A DNA stretch of 64,000 bases from contig JBGPQV010000010.1 of the NCBI GenBank assembly GCA_041489255.1, positions 29,125-93,124 of the forward strand. The letters run 5' to 3'. This DNA comes from Thermoplasmata archaeon. Its GTDB lineage: Archaea; Thermoplasmatota; Thermoplasmata; RBG-16-68-12; JAFNFQ01. A program made the translations under genes and the position numbers. Positions 55,001 to 64,000 of this stretch are shown piece by piece. How positions within the stretch are numbered: position 1 is the first letter of the stretch; each line of letters begins with the position of its first letter. The notes beneath the pieces are model-generated. The model was not told the DNA's origin, did no database searches, and worked only from the letters and a program-made list of their open reading frames with translations.

Positions 55001-55593
55001 AGAAGAGGCACGGGGAGCTGAGCGGCGAACTGACGCAGCTCAACAGCCAGAGGGAGGACCTGATCAAGCTAGTGGCGGAACTTACTGAAAAGAAGAAGGA
55101 CGGCCTCGCGAGGGTCTTCACCGCGATCAATGAGAACTTCAAGAGGGTCTACACCGACCTCTCCGGTGGCGGCGAGGCGGAGCTTCTCCTGGAGAACGAG
55201 CAGGAGCCGTTCCAGGGCGGGCTGCTGATCAGGGCGAAGCCGCCGGGGAAGAAGGTGCTCAGGATAGAAGCCCTGTCAGGCGGGGAGAAGAGCCTCGTCT
55301 CCATGGCCTTCATATTCGCGCTGCAGGAGGACGACCCCTCGCCGTTCTACATCTTCGACGAGATCGACCAGAACCTCGACGCTGTCAACGCGGAGAAGGT
55401 CGCGAAGATGCTGCACCGCACGAGCTCCAAGGCGCAGACCATACAGGTGAGCCTGCGCAAGGTCACGCTCAAGGAGGCGGACCACATCGTCGGCGTCACG
55501 ATACAGAAGTCCGGCGTCAGCGAGGTCGTGATGAAGGTCAACCTCTCAGACATCGAGGAGGAGAAGCCGGCGGAAGCGGAGGTGCCGGCATGA
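52006..55593 (+). CDS. smc: Chromosome segregation protein SMC
   Basis: GPNGSGKSN, coiled coils, hinge (GRAIFLPLN), LSGGEKS, FDEID. Confidence 0.97.
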   Translation: MYLKEVHMENFKSFGHKITVPLLQGYTTITGPNGSGKSNIADAILFVLGPKSSRAIRAGKLTDLIWNGGKDRKGADYTEVSLVFDNSDRVIPMESDEVLLTRRVSLSTGVEGGYNSYFYVNGRKSQLQEFDSLLAHARISAEGYNIVQQGDVQKIISMGSVDRRRLLDNVAGLTKFDEDIAQAETKRTATEENLGRIQIILDEIKGQLGQLEKDRTGALKYKELKERLDLAKAQMAFKNKELVEEEINGTKKQLAKYEAERTKLQEQIIALEAELQKAAEGLAGAEAKIAERGGDEARQLKEKLDNLRVERARAADGIETSKEDILRLKKEAIDVGRDRGRVQKEMDALTKERKTVATQFSEAEEKLKEAESELNKLEGVASKSDSKVTAIQKEIVTLTKKTGELEQKVHDLVLESDRQKQEAERLESDISQLEQSRKSCELEVQDAEFQIKEIKSGTKDATKGVRKLQEEFYAKRKEEQELTKQAGELEAAIQTLTREYTRLKAEKDAVEFVQKGYTRAVSAILDVRDRGEIKGIHGTVAELAKVDDRYDTAISVAAGQRMQAVIVDSDAVAAQCIQHLRKEKSGRAIFLPLNKMLSSRPRGKALLAVKESVGFAIDLVKFDEKYRDAYSYVFGDTIVVETLDQARKLMGGIRLVTIEGDLVEASGAMVGGELEKSILRFGGPEKGQVESVSSKLRAATEEADRVRDSLQDLRRELVELESQLKDVGAKTQTTDVKVDALEAKRKEFAVRLKTVDDELKSKRERLEDVTATGERVKADLDKLSKELNVLKKELEEQKRLAMEATPQQISSKMKELMAEKASFQESYTTLKGRADTIDAQLRVLTDRKTELDERFGSLESQRKEHEKRVHNLGVSLEQFATELRALEKMEASMGKEMSDLQAKRDDLYRQKTGFEAEIDKVRHKIETKEDFHLGLQTELKVQEDKLAEAEKELQGFELKMEGKLPSMDDLRKTVSDTDTQMLALGNVNMKALEDYDIQQKRHGELSGELTQLNSQREDLIKLVAELTEKKKDGLARVFTAINENFKRVYTDLSGGGEAELLLENEQEPFQGGLLIRAKPPGKKVLRIEALSGGEKSLVSMAFIFALQEDDPSPFYIFDEIDQNLDAVNAEKVAKMLHRTSSKAQTIQVSLRKVTLKEADHIVGVTIQKSGVSEVVMKVNLSDIEEEKPAEAEVPA

Positions 55594-56516
55594 ACGAGAC
55601 ATACGACGCGGTTCTCGGCCACCTGCTGTTCCACAAGTCGCTGATCAGCGAGCAGGACGGCGGGGAGCGCATTTCGAAGTACATGGCCATGGTCCAGGAG
55701 ATAGAGCAGTGCCAGCACCTGGCGGTGAGGGACCCGATGGAGAAGAGCATCGCCGCCGCGTTCGAGCTCGTGCTCGAGAAGCAGATGGACCCCTGGGACA
55801 TCAACCTCGCAGAGTTCACGAGGATGTACCTGGAGAAGGTCAAGGACGACGGCTTCGTCAACTTCGTGACCGCGGGGAAGCTGGTCTCGATGGCATGGTC
55901 CATCCTCAAGATGCAGAGCGACATGGTGCTCACTGCTGCCGAACCGCCGCAACAGGAGTCCCCGTTCGCGGACTGGGACCTCGGCCTGGCGACCCTCGAT
56001 GATTCAGGCGAAGTCGACTTCACTCAGTCAATTATCGGCGGGAGGGTGATGCCCCTCCAGGAGGCGATACGGCGTCAGGGCAAGAGGGCTGTCACGCTGA
56101 TGGAGCTCATGGACGCCTTCGACGAGGCGAGGCAGGAGGCCGAGAGGCACCTGCAGCTCATGGCCCTGAGGGAGAAGGCGCGCAACGTCAGGATGACGAT
56201 CCCGAGCGCGAACATACACTGTGAAGACTTGTTCGAGGACCTCGACTCCACATGGTCGCGCATCACCCGATTCAACGGCTCTCCCATACCGATCGCCGAC
56301 CTGTGGAACGGCGACTCCTACGACAGGGTGACCGTCTTCACCTCAATCCTCTTCCTCGCGAGCCTGCAGAAGGTCAAGATCTGGCAGAAGAAGCTGCCCT
56401 ATGGCGAGATATTCGTTCAAAGGATAACCGAGCAGACAGAGCTGTCCAGCGAAGAGCTTGCGGGTCTGGCGGGCGCCGCGACGAAGATGGCGGGCAAGAC
56501 CGAGGCGGTGGCCTAG
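55590..56516 (+). CDS. scpA: Kleisin ScpA
   Basis: MDPWDINL, VTLMELMDAF, F.SILFL, Q...YGEI; ATGA-coupled to smc. Confidence 0.9.
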   Translation: MNETYDAVLGHLLFHKSLISEQDGGERISKYMAMVQEIEQCQHLAVRDPMEKSIAAAFELVLEKQMDPWDINLAEFTRMYLEKVKDDGFVNFVTAGKLVSMAWSILKMQSDMVLTAAEPPQQESPFADWDLGLATLDDSGEVDFTQSIIGGRVMPLQEAIRRQGKRAVTLMELMDAFDEARQEAERHLQLMALREKARNVRMTIPSANIHCEDLFEDLDSTWSRITRFNGSPIPIADLWNGDSYDRVTVFTSILFLASLQKVKIWQKKLPYGEIFVQRITEQTELSSEELAGLAGAATKMAGKTEAVA

Positions 56517-56517
56517 G

Positions 56518-57060
56518 GTGTCGGAGGAAAGGGGAATCGTGGAGGCCGCCCTCTTCTCTGCGGGGAAGCCCGTGACGCCTGAGGACATCGCGGAGAGCAC
56601 GAAGCTCCCCGTCGAGCAGGTCATCAGTTCGCTCAAGGGCATCAGGAAGGCCTATGACTCGATGAAGAGCGCGCTGGAGGTCACGCAGATCGGCAAGAAG
56701 TGGACCATCCAGATCAGGTCGGAGTATACGGAGAAGGCGCGGTTCTTCGCTCCCCCGGAGCTGCCGGAGGATGTCGTGAAGACCGCCGCACTGATCGCCT
56801 ATCACCAGCCGATAAGGCAGAGCGACCTGGGGGACATGATCGGGGAGAAGGTCTACGACCACGTGAAGATGCTCAGGGGTCTCAACCTGGTGAGCGCCAG
56901 GCCTGAAGGGAGGACGCTGAGCCTGACCACGAGCAGGCAGTTCCCCGACTTCTTCGGGTTGAAGGCTACCGCCAGAAAGGAGATAAAGAAATTCATGGGG
57001 GAGAGGGCAGGACTGAAGAAAGAGGAAAAGCCCAGCATAGAAACGGAAACCCATGACTGA
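56518..57060 (+). CDS. scpB: SMC-Scp complex subunit ScpB
   Basis: VEAALFSAGKP, TAALIAYHQPIRQSDL, TT..F.DFFGL. Confidence 0.93.
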   Translation: MSEERGIVEAALFSAGKPVTPEDIAESTKLPVEQVISSLKGIRKAYDSMKSALEVTQIGKKWTIQIRSEYTEKARFFAPPELPEDVVKTAALIAYHQPIRQSDLGDMIGEKVYDHVKMLRGLNLVSARPEGRTLSLTTSRQFPDFFGLKATARKEIKKFMGERAGLKKEEKPSIETETHD

Positions 57061-57069
57061 GACGAACAC

Positions 57070-57080
57070 TTTATATAAAA
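57070..57080 (+). promoter_or_regulatory. Putative TATA box for the giant helical-repeat gene
   Basis: TTTATATAAAA between the scpB stop and the next ORF. Confidence 0.5.
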
Positions 57081-57168
57081 CCCGGTTCATACTTTATAGT
57101 CGGAGCCAGCTGTCTACGGACGCCCCCCGAGTAGACCACGGTAGTCCTTCACTTATGGAGTTGATATT

Positions 57169-60100
57169 CTGAGTGGCTACCTCAGGGATATACAGCTCCG
57201 GAAGCAGCTCGAAGAGAAGGTCAGGGAAGCGACCAAGAACCGCCAGCAGGCCGAGACGGAGATGGCGGCGGCCAACGAGGCCCTGACCGCGTGTCGCGCT
57301 ATCGACGCCGCGTCGACGGAGGCGGAGACGGCACTGGCCGAAGCGATGTCCTCGATTAGCGGCAAGGACTACAAGCTCGCCCTGGAGAAAGCGATAGAGG
57401 CCAGGGAGAAGGCAAGGAAGTCCTACGGGGAGCGCGTCGTTGCCATCGTGGATTCCAGTGCGGGCCTGCTCAACATCGCGAAGAACATGGGTGCGAACGT
57501 CGTGGACGGTGAGGCGGCGATAGAGAAGTCGAGGGACGCGCTGACCAAGGAGGATCACGCCACAGCGCTCGATCTCGCGAACAGGATATGGAAGAAGTTC
57601 GAGAAGATAGTCCATGAGCACCTTTCCAAGTCATTCTCCGCCGCCCAGTCGCTCATAATGACCGCCAAGAACCTCGGGAAGGACACGGCGACCGTCGAGG
57701 ACCTGCTGTCCAGGGCGAGGGGGGCCGTGGAGAGCAACGACTTCGAGCTGGCGCTTAGCTATACGAACGAGTGCCTCGAGGCAATCAGGGGCGAGCTGAC
57801 CGAGGAGGTTTCGATGGCGGCAGCAGAGGTCGAGGCGCTCCTCAAGATATCGCAGGAGCAGGGCGTGGACGTCAGCAAGATGTCCGCCCTGATCGAGAGG
57901 TCCAAGGCCGATGCCGAGAAATCGGAGTTCCAGAAGGCCATCAACGCGCTGAAGCAGAGCAAGTCAGAGGGAGAGAAGGCTCTGCAGAAGGGCCTCGATG
58001 CGAGGCTGGCCGAGGCCGCGAAGCTCTCAGAGGCCGCGATGGAAATGGGGGCCGATGTGGGGAATGCCAAGAACATCCTCGATCAAGCTAACGCCTCGCT
58101 CCGCGAGGGCAACTTCCAGCAGACGGCGAACCTGGGCAAGCAAGCGCTCCAGGAGATTCAAGCCGCCCAGTTCCAGCGGGTGCTTTTCACTGTCGCGCAG
58201 TCGCGAGACAAGTTCGTCGCCGCCAAGAACATAGGCGCGGACATCACGCCCGCCATGGACGTGCTGAACAGGGCGAGGCAGTCCCTGCAGCAGGGGAGAT
58301 TCAGGGAGGCGCTCGAATTCGCGAAGCACGCCGAGGACGAGGTCGAGAAGTCGCTCGGGCAGTTCCGCCAGGTCGAGACGACGGTCAGGGACATCGGGAG
58401 CGATTTCATCGAGGCGGAGGGGCTCGGCGTGAACGTCGCGAGCGCTCGGAGGCTCCTCGAGAGGGCTAAGAAGGACTTGACCGCGAGGGACTTCGCTTCG
58501 GCGCTCGATGAAGTTCGCAAGGCGAAGGAGGAGCTCGCGAGGAGCGAGTACGAGAGGACGATGGAGGTCATGGAGCAGTCCGAGTTCATCATGACGCTCG
58601 GGGAGCGCATGGCCGCCGACCTAGAGGATGCAGGCAAGCTGCTGGAGGACTGCATCGTCGCGACGAAGGAGAAGCAGTACAGGAAGGCAATCGAACTGGC
58701 GCAGGGCGCGAGCTCGAGCGCCGAGATGTCGATCAAGGGCAAGCTCACGGACGCGCTGGCGAACTTGAGGGGGTCGATGGGCTTCCTCGCCGAGGACGCG
58801 GTGAACATGAGGAGCCTGGTGGACAAGGCCGAGGGGGCGATGGCCGCCAGGGATTACGACGGGGCGTTCACGTTCGTTTCGGAGGGGCAGAAGCTCGTCG
58901 AGGGACGGACGAAGACGAAGGCGGACGAGTTCCATCAGATGCTCAAGTCCGCGGTGGAGCTGGGAGCCGAGCTGGGTGCGCCGGTCGGCGCCCTGGCGGA
59001 GCTGTTTAAGGAAGCCGATGCCGCGCTGGAGCGCGGCGACCTGCCCAAGGTCGTGTTGATGCGGGAACATGGCATCGCAGACCTCGGCACGATTGGCGAG
59101 ACGATCTTCAACATCGTGAAGGAGAGGGTCGTCGAGGCCAGGAATTTCAGGATCAATATAGAGGAATTGCTGCAGTTTCTCAAGAGGGCACGCATGGCGC
59201 TGAGCGTCGGGGAGCTGCCTGAGGCCTTCCGGTTGATGAGCGAGTGCAGCCAGAGGACCACCCAGCTTGTCTCCTTCCATAAGGAAACATACACCGCCAT
59301 CTCGTCAGCCGCCGCGCTCGTTGCAGAGGCGAAGAAGAAGGACGTCGACGTCACGACCGTCCTCGAGATGCTCTTGGAGGCGAAGAAGGCCTTCGAGAGG
59401 CTGGACTACGAGAGGGCGTTGGAGCTCGCGCGCAGGGCGAAGTCCGAGACCGAGAAGCTGATGATACTCTATGCCTCCGCGCAGAATATCATCGCCACCA
59501 AGGAGAAACTGGAGGTGGCGGAGACTCTGGCGATCGACACGGCCACTCTCAGGGACAACCTGGAGCGCGCGAAGGAGGCGATGAAGAGCAAGTCCTACGA
59601 GGAAGCCCTCAACGTCTCGACGAAGACGCAGCAGGCGATAGACGAGCTTCTGGACAACAAGGTGAGGAGCCTCATCTCGCAGGCGGATTCGATCATGGAT
59701 GCCCTCAAGGACGCGCAGATGTCCGAGCAGAGAGAGAAGATCGCGAGGGCGAAGGAACTGCTCGAGAGGCGCGCGTGGGGCGAGGCGGGTGAACTGGCGA
59801 TTGCCGCCAGGGAGGACCTCGAGAGATCGATCAAGAAGAGGGAGGAGGTCGGCGTCGCGCTCAAGAAGGGCCAGGACGCGCTCTCGGAGATAGAGGCGCT
59901 CAACATCGAGACGCCCGACGCGAGGAAGCTCATCGAGAAGGCCGAGAGGGCCGCGAGGACGGGAGACTTCGATGCGGCTCTGGAAGCCGCCGTCAGCGCC
60001 AATCAGGAGCTCGATAGGGAGAGGGACATCAGCGTCAACAAGACCATAGACAAGTTCCAGGACGCGATCAACAAGGCGAAGCGCGAAGGGATAGACACAA

Positions 60101-61695
60101 GGTCTGCGGTGAAGCTCCTAGACAAGGCCCGACAGCAGTTCAGGGACGGCAGGTACCGCCAGGCCCTGTCTCTGGCCATGCAGAGCGAGGCGGAGGCGGA
60201 GAGGATCGGCCTGCAGCAAGACATGGCCTCCAAGGCGATAATGACCGCCGAGAAGAAGCTCAAGGGATTCGCCAGCCCGATGCCAGAGGTTTCAAACCTG
60301 ATCACTGGGGCGCAGAGGGCGTTCGAGGACGGTGACTACGTCAAGGCGCTGGACCTCGCCATCAGGGCGGGTGACAGTTTCAACAAGTACCGCGAACTGC
60401 TCGAAGACACCCAGGACATCAGGGTCAAGGCCGACAAGCTCACCAAGACCGCTTACCAAATCGGCGCTGACGCGGCAAAGCTCGGCAAGATACTCAGCGA
60501 GGCGAACGCCGCGTTCGACGCGGGCGACCCGAAGTCCGCCAGGGACGCGTACCAGCAGTGCGTTGACTGGGGATTGGGCTTGTGCAGGAGCCACCTCGGG
60601 AAACAGCACGCCCAGATGGTCGAGTTCGCGGAGGGCCTCAAGGCGCTGAACCTCGACCCGCTGCCGGCGGCGAGAAAGCTCTCCGAGGCCAAGGCGCACA
60701 CAGACTCCGAGAACTTCGAGGCAGCCTTCGCCCTGATACAGGAGGCCAGGAAGGAAGCCCGGGACCAGATGACGAATGCGGTGAACGAGGTATTGTCCTC
60801 CTCCGAGGCCGCGGTGGCGCACGCGAAGAAGATCCACGCGGACGTGGCGGAGGCCGAGCAACTCCTGGCGGACGGGCGCAAGGCGATGGAAGCGGGCCAG
60901 TACGAGAAGGCGATGCGTCTGGCGAAGGACAGCGTCAGCCGCGTCGAGGCGAGGCGCGAGTTCGAGAAGAAGTTCGTCGACTTCAGCTACAAGGCCGACT
61001 CGACGATCCGCAACGCGAGGAAGTACGGCATCGATGTGGCCGAGGCGGAGAGGACACTGGCCGAGGCGCTCAAGATCAAGAAGACCGACCTGGACAAGGC
61101 GATCGAGATTGCGGAGAAGTCGCACAAGCAGGCAATGGCCTCGGTCGAGGCGTTCGCGCCGAAGATTGAGATGCGCCTCGAAGTCCCCGGCGCGGTCCTC
61201 GATCAATGGGTCGACGGTTCCATCACCCTCGTCAACGTCGGGAGGGCGCTCGCCAAGGACGTCAAAGTCAAGATCCTCGGGGATGTGGAAGTCGAGGGGA
61301 TTCAGGACATCGCAAGCGTCAGGGCGAAGGGCGAGGCGAAGCTGCCCCTCAAGGTCAAGATGAGGGCGAGTGGCTCCATCCCCCTCTCGGTGAATATTGT
61401 CTCGCACAGGCTGCTCGACGGGAAGGATTACACGCAGGAGATAATCGCGCAGGTCGAGGTGACGGACAAGGCCCGGGAGGCACAGAAGCCTCGGGAGGAG
61501 CCGAAGCCGAAGGAAGCGCCGAAGCCCCTGCTCGCCGTGAACGAGGGCCGCTGCCTCATCTGCAAGGGCTCGATCAAGGTGGGCTTCAGGATAGCGAAGT
61601 GCCCGTCCTGCGGCATGGAATTCCACGAGATGTGCGCCGCGCGCGCGAAGGTCTGCCCCGCCTGCCAGAACCCGCTATCCGTGACGGCCAGCTGA
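57169..61695 (+). CDS. Giant alpha-helical repeat protein with C-terminal Ig-like domain and C4HC3 RING/PHD-like finger
   Basis: About 20 repeats A...G.DV..A...L..A..A.....Y..A; LVNVGRALAKDV Ig-like segment; C-x2-C-x12-C-x2-C-x4-H-x2-C-x6-C-x2-C. Likely CTG start at 57169; first ATG is 57262. Confidence 0.88.
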   Translation: MSGYLRDIQLRKQLEEKVREATKNRQQAETEMAAANEALTACRAIDAASTEAETALAEAMSSISGKDYKLALEKAIEAREKARKSYGERVVAIVDSSAGLLNIAKNMGANVVDGEAAIEKSRDALTKEDHATALDLANRIWKKFEKIVHEHLSKSFSAAQSLIMTAKNLGKDTATVEDLLSRARGAVESNDFELALSYTNECLEAIRGELTEEVSMAAAEVEALLKISQEQGVDVSKMSALIERSKADAEKSEFQKAINALKQSKSEGEKALQKGLDARLAEAAKLSEAAMEMGADVGNAKNILDQANASLREGNFQQTANLGKQALQEIQAAQFQRVLFTVAQSRDKFVAAKNIGADITPAMDVLNRARQSLQQGRFREALEFAKHAEDEVEKSLGQFRQVETTVRDIGSDFIEAEGLGVNVASARRLLERAKKDLTARDFASALDEVRKAKEELARSEYERTMEVMEQSEFIMTLGERMAADLEDAGKLLEDCIVATKEKQYRKAIELAQGASSSAEMSIKGKLTDALANLRGSMGFLAEDAVNMRSLVDKAEGAMAARDYDGAFTFVSEGQKLVEGRTKTKADEFHQMLKSAVELGAELGAPVGALAELFKEADAALERGDLPKVVLMREHGIADLGTIGETIFNIVKERVVEARNFRINIEELLQFLKRARMALSVGELPEAFRLMSECSQRTTQLVSFHKETYTAISSAAALVAEAKKKDVDVTTVLEMLLEAKKAFERLDYERALELARRAKSETEKLMILYASAQNIIATKEKLEVAETLAIDTATLRDNLERAKEAMKSKSYEEALNVSTKTQQAIDELLDNKVRSLISQADSIMDALKDAQMSEQREKIARAKELLERRAWGEAGELAIAAREDLERSIKKREEVGVALKKGQDALSEIEALNIETPDARKLIEKAERAARTGDFDAALEAAVSANQELDRERDISVNKTIDKFQDAINKAKREGIDTRSAVKLLDKARQQFRDGRYRQALSLAMQSEAEAERIGLQQDMASKAIMTAEKKLKGFASPMPEVSNLITGAQRAFEDGDYVKALDLAIRAGDSFNKYRELLEDTQDIRVKADKLTKTAYQIGADAAKLGKILSEANAAFDAGDPKSARDAYQQCVDWGLGLCRSHLGKQHAQMVEFAEGLKALNLDPLPAARKLSEAKAHTDSENFEAAFALIQEARKEARDQMTNAVNEVLSSSEAAVAHAKKIHADVAEAEQLLADGRKAMEAGQYEKAMRLAKDSVSRVEARREFEKKFVDFSYKADSTIRNARKYGIDVAEAERTLAEALKIKKTDLDKAIEIAEKSHKQAMASVEAFAPKIEMRLEVPGAVLDQWVDGSITLVNVGRALAKDVKVKILGDVEVEGIQDIASVRAKGEAKLPLKVKMRASGSIPLSVNIVSHRLLDGKDYTQEIIAQVEVTDKAREAQKPREEPKPKEAPKPLLAVNEGRCLICKGSIKVGFRIAKCPSCGMEFHEMCAARAKVCPACQNPLSVTAS

Positions 61696-61709
61696 GCAGA
61701 TGGCGTTTC

Positions 61710-63254
61710 TCAGCCGATTTTCCCTATCGACTTCTCGGCGGCAGCCACGATGCTGCCCTCCCGCATGAGCCCCAGGACGACTTCGACATCGCCGTGCTGC
61801 GCCCTGTCTGAATCGAGGTGAGGGACCACGGTCCTGATGATCGTGTGCGCCGCCCGCGGGCCCTTGCCGGGCAGTGCGGGCTCGCGGAAGTCCAAGCCCT
61901 GCGCGGAGCAGAGGTACTCGATCGCGATGACCATCCGCGCGTTCTCGAGCACATGGCGGGACTTCAGGGCCGCCCACTGTCCCATCGGCACGTAGTCCTC
62001 CTGGTTGGCGGAGGTGGGTATCGAGTCAGCCGAGGCGGGGAACGACAGAGTCTTGTTCTCTGAGACGAGGGCGGCGGCGACATACTGTGAGAGCATCATG
62101 CCGGAGTTGAGGCCGCTCTCCTCGGTGAGGAATGGCGGGAGGTCGCTCAGGCGCGCGTCGACGAGGCGGGCTATCCGCCGCTCGGAGATGCCGGACATTA
62201 TCGTCATCGCGAGGGTGAGCTGGTCGAGGGCCATCGCCACCTCCTGCCCGTGGAAGTTGCCGCCGCTTAGGCTCTCCTTCTCTTCTGACATTATCAGCGG
62301 GTTGTCCGTCGCGGAGTTGATCTCGATCTCGATGACGCGCCGCGTGTTCTCGATCGCGTCCGCGCATGCTCCGAGTACCTGAGGGATGCAGCGGAGCGAG
62401 TACGGGTCCTGGACGCGGTGGGAGCCTGGATGTGACGGGATGATCTCGCTTCCGACCAGGAGCCGCCGCATGTTCGTGGCGACCCGGACGAGACCCGGGT
62501 GTGGCTTCAGGCTGGCTATGCGCGGGTCGAACGGCTCGGGAGAGCCCTTGAGGGCCTCGAAGCTCATCGACGCGGCGACCTGCGCATCCCTGAGGAGGCA
62601 GATGGCGTCGTGCACCACGAGGGAGCCCACGCCGGCCATGACGGAGGTCCCGTTCACCAGGGCGAGCCCCTCCTTGGACTGCAGCACGAGGGGATGCAGA
62701 CCGGCGGCCTCGAGAGCCTCCCTGCCGGTCATCCGCTTCCCGCCAAAGTGCGCCTCCCCCTCTCCGACAAGCACGAGGGCCATGTGGGCCAGAGGCGCGA
62801 GGTCGCCGCTCGCGCCGAGCGACCCCCTGCTCGGGATGACCGGGTGCACACCTCGATTCAGCAGCTCCACTAACATCTCGAGGAGCTCTTCGCGCACGCC
62901 CGAGTACCCCTTCGAAAGAGCGTTAGCCCTGACAAGCAGCGCCGCGCGGACCTCGTCCTCCGAAAGAGGGTCACCGAGTCCGATGGCATGGCTCCTGATC
63001 AGATTCAGCTGGAGCTTGAGTAAGTCGGTACCAGGGATTGCGACGTTCGCCAGCTCGCCGAAACCGGTCTTGATGCCATAGGCCATCTTCTCATGCTTGA
63101 CTATCGCTTCGACCGCTTCCCTGGATGCCCTGACCCTCGTCCTGCTGTCCCTCGACAAGGAGACTTTCTCGCCATGGCGGGCCACGGCGGCGACGTTCTC
63201 GATCCTCAGCGAATTGCCATCAATACGCAGCAAATCCTCGCCCCGCCCGGCCAT
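61710..63254 (-). CDS. hutH: Histidine ammonia-lyase
   Basis: YGIKTGFG, GSLGASGDLAPLAH (MIO-forming ASG), KEGLALVNGT, QDPYSLRC, NSATDNP, SGGNFHG, ANQED. Confidence 0.93.
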   Translation of the reverse strand: MAGRGEDLLRIDGNSLRIENVAAVARHGEKVSLSRDSRTRVRASREAVEAIVKHEKMAYGIKTGFGELANVAIPGTDLLKLQLNLIRSHAIGLGDPLSEDEVRAALLVRANALSKGYSGVREELLEMLVELLNRGVHPVIPSRGSLGASGDLAPLAHMALVLVGEGEAHFGGKRMTGREALEAAGLHPLVLQSKEGLALVNGTSVMAGVGSLVVHDAICLLRDAQVAASMSFEALKGSPEPFDPRIASLKPHPGLVRVATNMRRLLVGSEIIPSHPGSHRVQDPYSLRCIPQVLGACADAIENTRRVIEIEINSATDNPLIMSEEKESLSGGNFHGQEVAMALDQLTLAMTIMSGISERRIARLVDARLSDLPPFLTEESGLNSGMMLSQYVAAALVSENKTLSFPASADSIPTSANQEDYVPMGQWAALKSRHVLENARMVIAIEYLCSAQGLDFREPALPGKGPRAAHTIIRTVVPHLDSDRAQHGDVEVVLGLMREGSIVAAAEKSIGKIG

Positions 63255-63333
63255 GCCTGGATCCTCTTAAAAGGTTTCTCGCAGAGGGGCTGGACGAGTG
63301 ACCTAGACGGCTTTCAAATCCGAGGTGGCCATA

Positions 63334-63804
63334 TCACTTCTTCGAGATCGGAAACATCACCTTTGCGTAGATTATCGTGACGCCTCCAATGACCTCAGGC
63401 TTCTTGCCGTAGACCTCGATCGGAGGCCCGGAAAGCTTGTACCCCTTCTGTTCAACCCATGACATCAGCTTCGCGTAGGTGTTCTTGAACTCCGTGCCCG
63501 GGCCCTTGTGCGAGACGGCGGCCACCTTCATAGCCGGCAGGTCTCTGGTCTTCACTCCTGAGCTGGCCTTCGCTTTGCCCTTGAAGGTGATCGCGATGTC
63601 GCTCCTGAGCTTCTCGGGAGGCGTGTCGTTTGGGGAGTTCTGGTAAATCGCCATGGGGTGGAACCCCGGCATGACCTTCTGCTCCTTCGCCCAGCCATAC
63701 AACCTCTCCATGTATTCCTGCCACGGCACCTTGTCGTAAGGCCCCTCATGTTCTATGTAGGCCAAACTGGATGCCTTCCTATCCTCGAGTTTCGGACTTG
63801 CCAC
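63334..63804 (-). CDS. GyrI-like small-molecule-binding domain protein
   Basis: AYIEHEGPY, AIY.NSP..TPPEKLRSD, H.GP, IEVY; GTG start after GGTGG. Confidence 0.85.
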   Translation of the reverse strand: MASPKLEDRKASSLAYIEHEGPYDKVPWQEYMERLYGWAKEQKVMPGFHPMAIYQNSPNDTPPEKLRSDIAITFKGKAKASSGVKTRDLPAMKVAAVSHKGPGTEFKNTYAKLMSWVEQKGYKLSGPPIEVYGKKPEVIGGVTIIYAKVMFPISKK

Positions 63805-63909
63805 ACTACCACCGGTCGGGAGAGGAATTCGGGCGGTACTTAACATTTTCCGGGAGGTAGGCTTTGGGACAATTGACTCGCTACTCTGAGGTGACACATC
63901 CCCGCCAGC

Positions 63910-64000
63910 CTAGAGGCCCAACTCCTTCCTGTCCTCCACGGTTAGCTTCACCGTCCTCACGTGCACCTCGGCACCTAGCTCCTTCAGGAGGCTGACGACC
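63910..64000 (-). CDS. 3' end of an unidentified gene running off the window
   Basis: Open frame VVSLLKELGAEVHVRTVKLTVEDRKELGL* with host codon usage. Confidence 0.55.
   Translation of the reverse strand, partial: VVSLLKELGAEVHVRTVKLTVEDRKELGL

Noticed and set aside
60292-61626. 444-aa - strand ORF and other long antisense ORFs within smc and the giant gene
   Set aside because: Antisense shadows typical of GC-rich coding DNA.

Overview
High-GC archaeal chromosomal segment, most consistent with a Thermoplasmata-lineage archaeon (CDP-archaeol synthase, archaeal Elp3, SepF, PUA protein, DUF6015/DUF61-like proteins, SMC-ScpA-ScpB, GGTGA/GGAGG ribosome-binding sites, TATA-box promoters). About 58 protein genes; no rRNA, tRNA or CRISPR array was seen. 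The housekeeping backbone includes an aldehyde:ferredoxin oxidoreductase cluster, nfo, queC/queD, bcp, elp3, pyrE, carS, an XPD helicase, sepF, smc-scpAB and hutH. The most interesting locus is 14138-21052. Three single-pass membrane proteins share a conserved cytoplasmic domain with a longin-like strand/helix order; two of them have long DUF11/Ig-like ectodomains and one has none. They are followed directly by a Rab-like small GTPase, which suggests a surface receptor-to-GTPase signalling system. Other points of note: a nested pair of IS481-family elements with 15-16 bp target duplications, three KaiC-like ATPases with a shared non-canonical Walker A (GTMKTS), a GxxNG-repeat/PEF-CTERM doubly anchored protein, a giant helical-repeat protein ending in a C4HC3 RING-like finger, several probable CTG start codons, and some repeat or structured intergenic elements. 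All family assignments come from motif recognition by eye; no database searches were run.
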